This document shows positions 49,500 through 63,499 of a stretch of DNA of 64,000 nucleotides, one piece after another. Origin of the DNA: Octopus vulgaris (taxonomy: Eukaryota); NCBI GenBank assembly GCA_951406725.2, contig OX597832.1, positions 3,782,001 to 3,846,000 on the forward strand, written 5' to 3'. The stretch's first letter is position 1; each line of letters opens with the position of its first letter. The notes under the pieces are model-generated. The model did not search any database. It saw only the letters and a list, made by a program, of their open reading frames with translations, and was not told the DNA's origin. A program made the position numbers and the translations under genes.

Positions 49500-50465
49500 A
49501 AAACAATTTCACGCGATATCAAGAACACCTAGATGATACAAGATTCAAAAACCTAAACTCGAAACTGCACTAGCTGAAACAACAACTCACAGCTACAACT
49601 GAAAAACTAAGATATAAATTTACAGTCGATAAACGGCAAATGCTCAATAAATTATTTCCCAAGAATCCGAAGTGAGTTTATCGCAGCTATAATGCAAAAA
49701 GCTCAATCCCTGTAAAAGACATCACACGCATACAGAAAAGATGGGTTGAGAGTTACTGGAGGTGTGTATAGAAAACAAGTGATGAATTCAACAAACAGGC
49801 TGTATGACTGAAAGAAGTGGAGCAGGACTCCTTACCAGCATGACCAGCAAAAGGATTATGAAATTGACGTCAAAACAGTGAAATAGTTCTACGGAAAATG
49901 TCAGACAGGAAATCCCCAGGCTCAGATCTCATAACAGGCTACTAGCTGAAGAATTTCACCTTTTATCAGTGAGATTTCATACGGTTGTTTGGGAAAAGTA
50001 TCAATGGTAAGCAAGAACTGCCCAAATTGTTATCGACTGCAACTACTCTCTCCATCCTCTAAAATAGCCAAACCAAACTTGCTAAAGATTACCGCTAACA
50101 TATACAAATTATATACTGGGTGCCTCAATTTGTTCTTGTCGGATCATTTTACCATCGACAACAGTATAATGCTTGAACAAGCTGGGGAAAAAGGAGTTGT
50201 GGTGCTATATAGAGCAGCTACTAGTTAACAAAATGATCCAGGACAAAAAGTAAACAATCACAGGAACTTAACTGTAGGATTGCTTATCAAGGCTTTACAG
50301 TAAACCAAAATACCAGAACCACAAGGAACTGTCATTAAACGCCTAACCAAGACTTGGTGCACCATTTTGCTCCTCAGAAATAATGTGCAGCAAATTGAAT
50401 CTGATAGCGTTTACCACCAAATAGATATCTTTCAGGGTGATAACCTGTCAGTGCTGCTCTTCGTT
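49500..50465 (+). pseudogene. Decayed R4/Dong-like LINE RT fragment
   Basis: KSPGSDLITGY, ITANIYKLYTGCL and IFQGDNLSVLLFVL-like motifs. Confidence 0.6.
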
Positions 50466-51844
50466 CTGCAAGGCACTCAAAGTTGAAGGAAACTGGAGGA
50501 GAGAGACCTTGGTAGACGAGGGATGGGGTGATAAACGCTGATTTTATGATATTGTGCTTCCCAGAAGAGATGGCAAGCAACATGCAGTGCTAGAGAAGAC
50601 GTGCACATCTGTATAAGCATTGCGAAACAGATGTTTAAAATGGTAGTAGTGACGGCAGTTCGAAACATAACATGTGTATTTTTATGTATGTATGTATGTA
50701 TGTATGTATGTATGTATGTATGTATGTATGTGTATATGTGTATGTATGTATGTTTTCATTTATATGTTTGCCTATATGTGTGTGTGTACGAATATATGTA
50801 TGCATGTTGGTATGCGTGTATACGAATACATGTATGTATGTATGTATGTATGTATGTATGTATGTATGTACGTACGTATGTATGTATGCATGTATGTATG
50901 CATGTATGTATGTATGTATGTATACATGTATGTATGTAAGTTTATATGAGTATATGTACGCACATATTTGTTTCTTGCTCAATATATGTCAGATAAGTCT
51001 ACAGCTGCTGCCCTCCTCATCTTCCTGTTGCTCATCCCACCATTATTCATTCCTTTACCAACCACGCATCTCTTCCATCATTATTCTGTTGCTACAATCT
51101 TTTCCCAACAATAAATCTGTTCCTCCTGTTATTCTTGAATAGTACCTCATTTAAAGTCATCACCTTCTCTTCTATTCTCCCTCTTAGCCAGTTTGGTCAG
51201 TTTAGTCTCATGAGCAACCTCAGAAATTGACATGGTTCACTTTGTATAGTGGATAGCAAATCGAGCAGAGTTGAGAGGACTCTTTGGTCTTGCTGAGGGA
51301 GTGACAACCTCTCTAGTGTTGGTGCCATGGCGAAATACACTCAGTACAACCTGTAAAGTGGTTGGTGTTCATCCAACATTAGAAACTATGTCAAAACTGA
51401 GATGTTAGAGCAAAGACCTGGTCCGCCTAACCATCTAGGAGGGCAGTGACTCTGTAAGAACTAACTTGGCTCCTGTTGCACTGACCAACCCAAGTCAGCA
51501 TGGCAAAAGGACGTAAAATGATAGTGTGGCGGAGGAGGGGAAAGAGAAGGAAGATGGAAAGGGAAAGTGGAGGACCATTTCATGGTATGTTTTACCTGCT
51601 TTTCCAGTAACAAGAAAATTAGATGAAATATTTCATAAAAATATCCCTTTAAAATAAGTCGAACAACTAACACCTTCGTGAGTATAATCAAAATGTTCGC
51701 GGTCTTTAATTTAATTCAAGCTTAAATTTGAAGAATTTTAAGTTTAATTTAAAATTAAGATGAGTGAGTTCGTGGAGGAGTGTAGATAATGGCATACGCC
51801 AAAAGACATTTTATTTTATTGTCATGAATTGCATATTTTCTAAT

Positions 51845-52052
51845 AATGGTTTCAAATTTTGACACAAGGCCAGTAGTTTCAGGGGAAGGCGTAAATCGAT
51901 TATATCTCGACCACAGTGCTCAACCGGTATTTATTTTAGCGATAAAAGTAAAGTTGATCTCGGCGGAATTTGAACTAAAAAGGTAAAGAAAGACGAAATA
52001 CCGTTAAGTATTTTGCCCAGAGTGTTAACGATTCTGCCCGCTCGCCGTCCTT
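51845..52052 (-). mobile_element. SINE family B
   Basis: Reverse complement of the family B sequence; further copies at 52553-52755 (+), 54028-54242 (-) and 55685-55855 (-). Confidence 0.75.
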
Positions 52053-52099
52053 GCATGTTTTCTAATAATGAGTTCTAAATGCATTAAACAGTGAGATTC

Positions 52100-52340
52100 G
52101 AAACAAGGGCACCTACCTTTTCTTCGCTCAGACGGAGACCTTTCAGCGGTAATGGATCCTTCAACACAGCCCGACCTGAACACTAGAAATAGCAGCTGCT
52201 TCGCCCCTACCTTAACAACGTGCTGACCCGTCTTACTCGCTCGGCGACCTCGATCGAAAGGCAAAATCCTGCCCTACCTGCGCGCGCGTCGCTTCTGTCC
52301 CTTCCGGTCAGCCCCCCAGCTGCTGACGTCATCCCACAAA
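52100..52340 (-). promoter_or_regulatory. Candidate Pol II promoter and non-coding first exon
   Basis: CpG-rich island in AT-rich DNA with CRE TGACGTCA (52324-52331), ETS ACCGGAAG (52301-52308, -), a GCGCGCGC tract and several - strand 5' splice-site matches. Confidence 0.45.
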
Positions 52341-53042
52341 TTAGAGGGAAGACAAGCAGTTAAAATAACAGTTACTGAATAAGACATCCTTCAAAATATT
52401 ATTGAAAATATATGAAGTAGAAATTTGCTAATTGAGTACGAAGTTTTGTCTCCATAAAGGAGTTATCTATCTGATTCTGCTGAAGGAATTTTATTTAGCA
52501 TTTGCTTCTTAAATCAAACAAAGTTATCTCTATAAAAGAAGTACAATAGAATTGTGAGCTGGTAGAATCGTTAACGCGTCGGACAATATACTTAGCGGCA
52601 TTTCTTCCGGCTCTTTATGTTCTGAGTTCAAATCCCACCGAAGTCAACTTTGCCTGTCATCCCTTGATGGTCTATAAAATAACGTACCAATGAACTATTG
52701 AAGTCGATGTTATCGACTCGGGACTTGTCCTATCTCCACAAAATTTCTGGTGTACCGTTCAAGGGGAACAATGTGATATCGGTCACTCAGACCATATAAA
52801 ACAAGTAACAGGCCTTGAGGAAATAAAATGTTCTACTTATTTTTAAGCTTGGCGAATGAACTTGATTGTGAGGACTTACAGATGAAGTTTTTCTTTCTTT
52901 CAGAAAATAGAGAATGAAAACTTATCCTACTGCTAATTGGATCATTTTAATTACTCATAATTTATTAATATAATGAATATAATCTCTTCCTGTTACGTTT
53001 TTCCTATCAAGAAAGAGAAGTTAAGATCGGGTATATTACATA

Positions 53043-53770
53043 TGTAACGGGTAAGATTGATTAAGTACACAATATTATGAAGTGTCGGAGTCAGTAGTTG
53101 TAACGATAAAATTAGTTGTTATGACGGCAAATTGTAAGATGTGAAAGATGAACAATGCGTGACGTTTTAAGAAAGCATTTATTTACCGTTACGTTACAAT
53201 ACCTTGCCTCGACGGGCAGGTTATGATAAATCCAAAAGCATACGAAGTAAAGTTTGCGTTTGGGTCTCTTCATTGTTTAGTAGTGGTTACAGAGAGATGT
53301 AGTATGATGTAAGAGAACAGAATTAGAGCTAGTGAGAGTCGTAGGGTGTGGGATGTTGTCTTACAGTTGCTGACAGTAAACTTCATTTCTCCCTCTGACC
53401 AAGGTTCTAGCTGGTCAGCCAGACTTCGTTGAGCCGTCACTGACTATGACTAACTCCGTTGAGTCGTCATCGACTGTGACTAACTGATTTTTGCTTGGGA
53501 TATTCTTGCTTTTATAGCTATCCAGAAGGATAGGCATATCATTGAGAACAATAGATTTAGTTGGTGGTCTAGCTTTTGGTGAAGTAGAAGAGGTTAGAAA
53601 AGGTCAAATGGTGAAGACATTATTTCAGCCTAGCTAAAGGCATCTGGAAAATGTAAAACTGCTATCAGAGAAAAACCATTGTTCCATCGTGGGAAAAGTT
53701 CTGTTGTAGTGTTAATTTAAATTTGGCTATGGTGGATCGAATCCACTTCATGCGTGCAGGATCCACTACA
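53043..53770 (-). mobile_element. Solo LTR (728 bp), Gypsy-like
   Basis: TGTAAC...CTACA termini with 4-bp TSD CATA on both sides; orientation inferred from the PPT next to the homologous copy at 6067. Confidence 0.85.
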
Positions 53771-55190
53771 CATATATACATGTTTGCATAGATACATACA
53801 TTGGGGACAACGATAGTAACAAAAAAGAAAAGCCTATATTGTGCACTAAATGAAAATTAAGAACCTTAGCAAACACCGGATCGATTGAAGATTCCAAGCG
53901 TGGTTTTGTCAAGTGGTTTAATGTATCTTATTTTGGGGGTACACTGGACACTACACTAAAGATCCCCATTGAAGTAATTATGAAATATATATCAAGGGTA
54001 ACAAACATTTAATGAGCTCCAGGGAATATTGGTTTCAAATTTCGGCACAAAGCCAGTAAGCTCAAGCTGAGGAAAGCTCGATTGAGCCCAGTGCTCAAAT
54101 GGTACTTATTCTATCGAACCCCACGAAAGGATGAAACGCAAAATCGACCTCGGTGGAATTTGAATTCAGAACGTAAAAACGGATGAAATGCCGCTTAGCA
54201 TTTTATCCGGCATGGTACCGATTCTGCCAGCTCGCTGCCTTAACGTCTGGATATATTATAAACCTTTTCTATTTTCCAGGACTACAAGCACTTCCAGTGA
54301 TATTTTAGCTGGTCTTTAGTTGCTAATTATTTTTTGGTATTACACAGTATTATATAAACTGCGTATGAAGACAAGACAGACCGCACTAATATTAATTTGA
54401 GTTTTCATATATTTTTATTAACCCACATCATTTATATTTTACATGTGTGCATATTTTTGACTTAATAAAACAACATTCATGAGATAACGAAAGTAAAAGT
54501 TAAAAGAACTATTTATCCCCACTTAAGCGTGTCTGTTCTATTGGAGCAAACCATATTGCGGTAGTTACCATGAGAGAAACTCTCATATTGGCTTTTTGAT
54601 GCAAAATGCACACTTATTTATATTACCAATGGGAAGACTAACCCCCACTACCTCCAGCGCCGGGACTACGAAAACACGTGATTTTGCCCTTGTTTAGTCT
54701 TGTCAATGATGCACACTCGACCACTAGAGGAAGCAGCGATTCATCTCCCTGCCAGCGATATATAGATTGGCAGTGCCAAAATGTCCGAACAGGTGCTGGT
54801 GTCGCGATTAGCCAGTTAGCTTGTTAAAAAATATATATATTAGCGACGTTTCCTGTAATGCAGCATGCTAGATAAAATGAAAATAATTCATAGTTACTGG
54901 AGACAAAATTAGGAGAAAGAGTTAGAACTATTACCTGCAAGTAATGTAATATGTGCGTGATTAACATTTCAACTTATGGTCTGAACCTTTTACCGAAGCT
55001 TGTTAATTAAGAAAAAGTAAAAGAACAAACCAACTTGCTGGCGTAAATCGAAGAGCATTGAAGCAATCGTTCGACTGGCTTAATCTAACAGCCAAATCTC
55101 TATCAATTCACACTTGTTTGAAAATAGATAGAATGGTTACAGCTCGAACGTTTTTAATACTTAGTCTACTGGATCAAGAAGGAACTTTGA

Positions 55191-55670
<480 letters not shown>

Positions 55671-56003
55671 TATGATAATCTTTTCAGTATTTGAAAAAAA
55701 GCCAGCAATTTTTGGTAAGGAGAGTTGAGCAACCCCAGTGCTCAACTGATATTTATTTTATCGACCACAAAAGGAAAAGCCAAAGTTGGCGGAATGTGAA
55801 CTTAGGCCAGAAAAAAATTGCTGCTATGCATTTTGTCAGATACGCTAACTTGCCTCCCTTTCTCGACTAACAATAATTTATAACTTACCTCCCTTGTATT
55901 AAAAATAGCCTCCCTTAGTCGTGTTGCTTGTTATTTGGATATTTTAGTTCTGCAATTTAGGTAGCTAAATTTCAAATGTTCAGTAAAATTTCAAAATAAC
56001 AAG

Positions 56004-56065
<62 letters not shown>

Positions 56066-56112
56066 CCTATAGATAGATAGATAGATAGTTATCACAAGCT
56101 AGTGATAGACAA

Positions 56113-56177
<65 letters not shown>

Positions 56178-56687
56178 CAGATAGATATGCGTATATAAAA
56201 TAAAATGGTACGAGCTGTCACTAACGGGATTTCTTTTTTTTTTTTTAAATACAACCATTGGATTAGATTCGATTTTGGATATTTCATGAAATATTTCCTT
56301 TAAGAAAGTTGTCTCCCTTACACGAATTTTTTTTTTTTTTTTTCGCTTTTTAGTTCATAAATTCAAACTTCTCCGATTTGTGGAATCTGTTGCCATTTAT
56401 GTCTTTATTGGTGATATAAACAATTTTTTAATACAGAAGTTATGAAGAGCAATAAATCTTCTAAGCAAGGGTGGAAGAAATGATGGATGGTCATAATTGA
56501 AATGGAGTGAACTTAAAGACAACCAAAACCTGGAATATGAAGAAGTTTTCAAATCCCCTTGATGGGGTTTTATAACGTAGGGTTTTTATGAGAGCTCTAA
56601 ACAACCCATGGAATGGTCACCAGACTAAAGGGAAAATTTCTGGACACATTCCACCAATTAGCGGTGCGAATGAAGCCAGGATCAGCC

Positions 56688-56788
56688 CCATTGCATGGCA
56701 CCTTGGGCAAGTGTCTTCTACTATAACCTCAGGCTAACCAAAGCCTTGTGAGTGGATTTGGTAGACAGAAACTAAAAGGAGCATATCG

Positions 56789-56854
<66 letters not shown>

Positions 56855-57068
56855 TGCCTTTATGTCTGCATTTTTCCCACCACTTAACAACTGGTGCTGG
56901 TGCTTTTACATGCCTGTAATCTAGCAGCTCGGCAAAAAAGATTGATAGAATAAATACCAGGCTTTTTAAAAATATGTACTGGTGTCGATGCACTTGACTA
57001 AAAATTCTTCAAAGCAGTGCCCCAGTATGGCTGCAGTCTAATGACTGAAACAAATAAAAGATAAGATA
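56688..57068 (+). mobile_element. SINE family A, older and 5'-truncated
   Basis: Body matches 48736-49129. Confidence 0.75.
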
Positions 57069-57484
57069 GGCTTTGCTTGTCATACTGTCATGCTAAACAC
57101 CAAGTCCTATCAGACGTTATATTTTGGAGACTTCCACATCCTTGTTGAGGAAATGAAAGAGAAAAGAAGATAACTATAGATAGCGCCTTTGAAACCTTCA
57201 ACTTCTATACCCAGACTATAATTTTACATTTATTCCAATATTCTTGGTCTTGTGTATCCTAAGTAACAATCTGGAAAAGCTGGGGTTCTCACAAAAAGAA
57301 ATCAACCACATTTCAAATGCAATCAGTAAGCAGAACAGTAAAAAGTAGGCAAAACTTTTCTCAAGTTCAAAATGTGAATTTGTTTCTGTTGTCTACATTC
57401 CAGCGACGGAGCTTTGTACCTTTGTTAGGAAACAGCTCATTCCTTAGAGGAAGACATCAAATAATTAAAATGGAAGAGAACACA

Positions 57485-57539
<55 letters not shown>

Positions 57540-58261
57540 TTATGTGTGTGTTATTCAAAAATGGTGCTGGCTAAAGAACTCTCTACTAGATTTAAAATAT
57601 CTAAATTCATTTTATCATTAATAAAAAGAGAGAAAAATATTTGAGAGAGGGAGAGAGGCAGAAAGAAAGAAAATTAGAAAGAAGTGGGGGTAAAAGGAGA
57701 GAGATGTATGTGTTTGTGTACATCTAAAAAATAGATTGAGTCTATTTCTAACTTAACATGGAGATCCTGTAAGCATTGCAATAATTATCTCCCTTCTATA
57801 ATATTGCTTCCCTTACACGAAATATTTTACGTCGTATTTTGGGATTTCACTCAACGCTTGAAATTGCTGACGTTTAACTATTGAGGCATTATTTGTGTTA
57901 ATAAACGATTCTGCCGTATAATAGTTATCTCTCCAGATGTATAGGGAGAGATGAATTCTAAAATCAGAGGACATTTATGATGACATGTTTCGTGTAGGTC
58001 TCTTTGAATGATGGAAGTGATAAGATACAGGGTAGGATGATAGCAGAAAGTCATAAAAGAAAGTAATTTAGAGAAAGGGAAGAAAGAATAACATTATGAG
58101 TTAGAATAATTATGCGCTTCCCATTTGAATAAACATAAATTTGTGTGGGTATATACACGCGCGCGCGCGCGTGCACTCCACACATACATACATACATACA
58201 TACATACATACATACATACATACATACATACATACATACATACATACATACATACATACAT

Positions 58262-58950
58262 ACATGTTGGTTGTTTACTCCTTATGCAGAGTTTGACCAT
58301 CTCTTGTGCTTACACCTTAGCACCATCATGGCATCTGATGTGGCTTTTTATACCAGACAATGTTCTGAAAAGACACCCACATAGAGTGCATATCCAATTT
58401 GGACCACCAAAGGCTGCAGTTAGGTTCTGTTCTTCGTGGATCTTAAAATGTCTTTTGAGGCCTCTGTTAGATTTTCATACATTGTATTGAAAGGTGTGCA
58501 CAGACATATAAGCAGAATAGTTGGTGGAAATTCGTTTTCCATGGGTTTGCAAATGAGATTTGAGCCCAGCAAAGGAAAGGCATGGTCTGTCACAAACTGA
58601 TCACCGTCTTGATCGTAACATTCTTCTTCTTTAAATCTCTCTAGAGTCGTGCATGCGTTATCCTGGCCTCTTCAAACGCTTACACTCCATTCCACACTTT
58701 TGCTAGCCATCCAGCTCGATTCGAAGCAGGGATTTCTATGTCCTCTGGATCCATTCCAAGTGACTTCATGTTAATCCTTATGCCGTCCTTAAACCTTTTT
58801 TAGGTTTACACCGATAGCGTTTCCTCTCTACAAGCTCACCATAAAACAGCTGTTTAGGTGTGCGTTCATACGCCATTCGAACAATATGGCCACACCATCT
58901 CATTTGGTTTTTTAAAATCATTGCTTTAATTGAGATAATGCCTGCAGATG
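58262..58950 (-). pseudogene. 3' end of an RTE/BovB-like LINE with (TATG)n tail
   Basis: - strand MRWCGHIVRM, PKQLFYGELVERKRYRCKPKK and C-terminal zinc-finger-like remnants. Confidence 0.75.
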
Positions 58951-59054
58951 CAAAGACATCTGTGTTTGGAGTAAAAGAACTTCATTGTACATACATACAT
59001 ACATACATACATACATACATACATACATACATACATACATACATACATACATAC

Positions 59055-60515
59055 ACATTTGTACTGCCTGTCCTCACGCTTACGTTTGGCCTTCTCAACT
59101 GGTCACGACATGAACTCAATGTGACAGATGTTCGAACTCGCAAGCTGCTTGGAGTTACAAGATGTAGACACGCTTCACGTCCCAAGTAAAAAAGGTGGCT
59201 GTGGACCCAAATCTGTATTGATGTCATATGAAACACAGAACACTGAAAGAACATCAGCAGCAGAGGAAAGACACCAGAAACTATCTTACCTAAGTTTGTG
59301 ACCATGAAACCAACAGCGTAATTAGGATAGCTAATGAACTTGAAGAGAGGTTTGAAATAAGAATTGATACAGATCTCTCCCCAGGAAGAATTGATTTATT
59401 CCATCTACCAGAACAACAGAATTAAAAAATCCACGAGTTCACTGAGAAGATAGTACATGGGTACTTTACACGTAAACGACAAGCCATAGAAGGGAATGAT
59501 CATGTCAAAAGCTTGGCATGGGGTACCGATGAGTTTATGACATCTCATTTTGAAGCCTACATCAACGCAATCCACGAACAAGAGATCCCACCAAGTGAGG
59601 AGACCCCCTTCGGTCATGAATGATCATGGGATTGCACCTAGAAAGTTACCCTCCGAGGCACAAGTCCGAGCAAGTTTGTTTCAGGGAGGCTAGCCAGCCT
59701 CCCCTCTCCACACCACTGATGTTATCCAAAGGAGAGGCAACGGCCGATACAGCATGGCACCAGTGACGTCGCAACTCATTTCTACAGCTGAGTGAACTGG
59801 AGCAACGTGAAATAAATTGTCTTGCTTAAGAACACAACACGCAGACCGGCCCGAGTATCGAACTCACAACCTCACGATCGTAAGCTCGACGCTCTAACCC
59901 CTCAGCCATGCGCCTTAACACCAAGTACCTGCAACATAAAAGGCAGAAAACGCCGACAGACAACAACTGTAGGCTGTGCAAGACCGAGACTGAAGACAGT
60001 AACCACATAATTGCCAACTGTGAGAGAATGTCTTTCAGACATTATCTTCCTATGACATATAATGCGATGGACATAACGGTCTGAAGCAGGAGAACAAAAA
60101 AGAATCTCTACAAACGAAGTTGATCATATTGAGACCGATGGGTCAAAAGAATATTGGTGGGACTGAAAAATTAAAACAGCCACCAAGTTAAAACACAACC
60201 ATTGTATAGAAAAGGTATGTTCTGTTGTGGAAATCAGCTGCCCTCTGGGCACGAAAGTGGTTACAAAACATACAAGAGAAAAAGAACCTCTATGGACCAT
60301 TGGTGAGGAGTTTCCAAATCAAGTACCCAAGATACACTTTCAGGTTTCAGCCTAATGAAGCAACAAGATACAATACCAACCCGTCGGGAGCAAAGTATGG
60401 TTGAACTTGATATCCTGATGAGATAATGCAAATCCTTAATTTATGTGCTACAAATGATTAGAATATCTGGAACTATAAAAATCTGCAGGACTTTCTTCAG
60501 ATTTAAAGGATGATG
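59055..60515 (+). pseudogene. 5'-truncated R4/Dong-like LINE (post-RT, CCHC and REL region)
   Basis: TFVLPVLTLTFGLLNWS, AIHEQEI, NCRLCKTETEDSNHIIANC, VVEISCPL; 5' end abuts (TACA)n. Confidence 0.75.
59597..59918 (-). mobile_element. tRNA-derived SINE nested in the LINE, with TSD
   Basis: 8-bp TSD CACCAAGT (59589-59596 and 59919-59926); - strand head with A/B boxes (tggctgagggg; gagttcgatact). Confidence 0.85.
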
Positions 60516-60894
60516 ATTAAAACAAGATAGTTTCCTTCACACCAAGTAGGTGGCCGGCAGCAATTTACTCTTAAAATTTAAAAGAAAAAGAGTAGAATAT
60601 ACATACATAAATACATACATACATACATACATACATACATACATACATACATACATACATACATACATACATACATACATACATGCAGAATTTATGAGAG
60701 CAACTGTCTTTGAAGACTCATATTGTTGTTGAATGCTCGAAATGAGAAGTAGTTGAGAACTGATGAAGGGTCCCTTCTCTGTGTTAACTTGTCCTGTTTT
60801 CCATCTTTTCTCAATGTTTACGTATTTCACTCGTTTTCGCCTCGTTTGTTTAAGTATTTCATGTTATTTGCACCATTGGTGACGTCCTGTAGCC

Positions 60895-60932
<38 letters not shown>

Positions 60933-61028
60933 ATAACAAAGGGTAAAATTAATTAATCAAGAAGTAATCAGTAATTTCACCAAGTAGAATTCGGCATGAA
61001 AAAGACCATTTCATGGTAAGCTTAAGTA

Positions 61029-61308
61029 ATACTTTATAATTAGGGTTCGACAGCGATTTGGTTCACCACATACCGAAGTTTAGAAATAGCAGTCAAAAAA
61101 TCTTAGCTATTCCTTCTACTTTAAAAGGTGCTCTCAGAAAAACCAAAGTACTTGAAAACAATTGTTTTCAAGTGGATTGTTTTCAAGTACTTTGGTTTTT
61201 CGGGAGACCCTTTTAAAGTAGAAGGAATAGCTAAGATTTTTTGATTGCTATTTCTAAACTTCGGTATGTGGTGAAGCAAATCGCTGCTGAACCCTAATTA
61301 TAAAGTAT
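61029..61308. repeat. Near-perfect 280-bp palindrome (probable inverted Penelope-type terminal repeat)
   Basis: About 133-bp arms with few mismatches and about 13-nt spacer; bounded by (TA)n. Confidence 0.85.
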
Positions 61309-61440
61309 ATATATATATATATTGTTATATTTCGGAATGGTCATTTTGCCAGTTTAGCCAATAAAAACACACGCACTATATATTTGGTGTTACTTTGCTT
61401 CAGTGTTATTTATTTTTTACATTAATCTTAATCTTATTTC

Positions 61441-61485
61441 GGCCAGAGTTCTTTCGTGACACTCCTGTGACCGCATCAGTGGTCC
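61441..61485 (-). ncRNA. Variant hammerhead-like motif in the Penelope 3' repeat
   Basis: - strand GGACCA-CTGATGCG-GTCACA(ggag)TGTCAC-GAAA-GAAC-TC-TGGCC; one stem II mismatch and non-canonical position 9. Confidence 0.5.
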
Positions 61486-61849
61486 TTTGTTTTCTTCTTT
61501 CTTATTTGTGTCTCTCCTTACTAACCGTCAGCCATTTTGTATCTATGTTGTATGTCTTCATTTGCGCATGCTTATATCTCTATGTGCGTCTATGTTTATT
61601 TAGTGTGTGTGTGGGGGGGATGCCTGTAATATTTGTATCTTCTGTTTATATACGTTCATGTAATTTGTTTTTGTTGTTGTTGTTTTTGTTTAATCTTATT
61701 TTGTTCATGTGTTTACATCCACTTATTATTATCATTACATTAATAATAATAATAAATTGAAAAAAAGTATATAAAAAAATATATATAGTTATTTATTTCT
61801 ATTTGTTTATTTGTCTGTGTATTTATTATGTTTTCGGGATCCTCTACCG

Positions 61850-62572
61850 TCATATGTTGTGGTGTGTGCTTGTGTTCCATTCTAGTTTTCTATTCAGGCT
61901 AGGTTTATTTTCTATTATGTGTGTAGCTTCTGTAATTTGTCTGATTGTTGCATCTGTTCTATATGTGGACAATATTTTAATTTCTATGTTGTTGATAGAT
62001 CCCCCGTGTTCCTGTTCGGCGTGTTGGTACAGAATCGATGAGCTTTTACCTTCCATGAGTTGTCTCCAATGTACATTTACCCGCTCTCCTATGCTTCTTG
62101 CCGTTTCCCCTACGTATGTCGTTGTCTTGTTACTGCATCGTCCCTCTATACATCTTATACTATAGACTACATTTCTAGTTTTACGGTTTGTTTGTGGGCT
62201 AAATCTACATACAGTACAGTACTTATCCGTACAGGGGGTTCTACTAAAAGGATAGGTTCTACCAATTATAGATTTGATAGGGTTGCCTGGCTTTTCAACA
62301 ACCTTAATCCTTAGCTTAAGTTTGTCTAGGGTCCTTCTAAAGCGGTACGCCAGTTCACCTCCAGGGGTGGTGTCAACGAACATGACACTCTGGTATTTAT
62401 GGTTATCATACCAAAAGTTGGCCTTCTCTATTTTCTTTTTTGTCCTTTCTATAGTGTTCCATGACTTGTTCCTATAGAGTGGGCAAATCCCATTCCTATC
62501 ATTACATAATATATCATCACATTTTTTCATAGCTCCTTTGTATACTCTGATCCTTTCTTTATGGCTGTAACC

Positions 62573-62575
<3 letters not shown>
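61850..62575 (-). pseudogene. Penelope ORF C-terminus with GIY-YIG endonuclease
   Basis: SVMFVDTTPGGEL, CTDKYCTVC, NVVYSIRC...YVGETARSIGERVNVH, RQITEA...PSLN; the N-terminus in the ORF track is only microsatellite. Confidence 0.9.
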
Positions 62576-62605
<30 letters not shown>

Positions 62606-62675
62606 TGTATGTATGTATGTATGTATGTATGTATGTATGCATATGTATATATGGTTATTATTATTATTATTATTG

Positions 62676-62748
<73 letters not shown>

Positions 62749-63035
62749 CTAATTGAACGCGATGCAACTATTTCCAAGTAAGTTATCTTCACTGTTTTTA
62801 TGCCACTCTCTACTCACTACTGTTTTCTTCCTCCATACTTCTCTAATTCCCTTTTTCTCCCCTCCCTCCTTCACCGTTCTCTATCTGTCTCTCTCTCTCT
62901 CGTTGCTCATCCCACGTGTATTTAGGCACATCCCTTCTATATACTCATACCTAAACTATGCTAAATATATCACTAAAAGAATTATACATATACGTGCTTT
63001 TACAATAGACCGAAGAACAGTAGCAGAACTTGTAT

Positions 63036-63220
63036 TCTTTTATTGTTTTATTCTTTTATTTGTTTCAGTCATTTGACTGCGGCCATGCTGGAGCACCGTC
63101 TTTAGTCGAAGAAATCGACCCCAGGACTTATTCTTTGTAAGCCTTATTCTATCGGTCTCTTTTGCCGAACCAAGCGATGGTGGGGGGACAAACACAGGTA
63201 CACAAACACACACACACACA

Positions 63221-63297
<77 letters not shown>

Positions 63298-63459
63298 GAC
63301 GGGCTTCTTTCAGTTTCTGTCTACCAAATCCACTCACAAGACTTTGGTCGGCCTGAGGCTATTGTGGAAGACACTTGCCCATGGCGCCACGCTGTGGGAC
63401 TGAACCCGGAACCACATGGCTGGTAAGCAAGCTACTTACCTCATAGCCACTCCTACACC
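63036..63459 (-). mobile_element. SINE family A with internal deletion
   Basis: Matches 47071-47500 but lacks part of the body. Confidence 0.8.
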
Positions 63460-63499
63460 ATCACAGCTTCCACCAAGTAACATATTAAATTCATGTTCA

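Larger units (their letters stand above)
61322..62575 (-). mobile_element. 5'-truncated Penelope-like retroelement
   Basis: RT-thumb/linker plus GIY-YIG ORF, followed by a 3' repeat containing a hammerhead-like motif. Confidence 0.88.

Noticed and set aside
52145-52165. - strand GAAGGATCCATTA resembling the 18S rRNA 3' end
   Set aside because: Short imperfect match with no flanking rDNA similarity
60705-60775. Hammerhead-like fragments (TTGAAGACTCA...CGAAAT; CTGATGAAGG)
   Set aside because: Helices too decayed to build a full fold; possibly an old Penelope repeat
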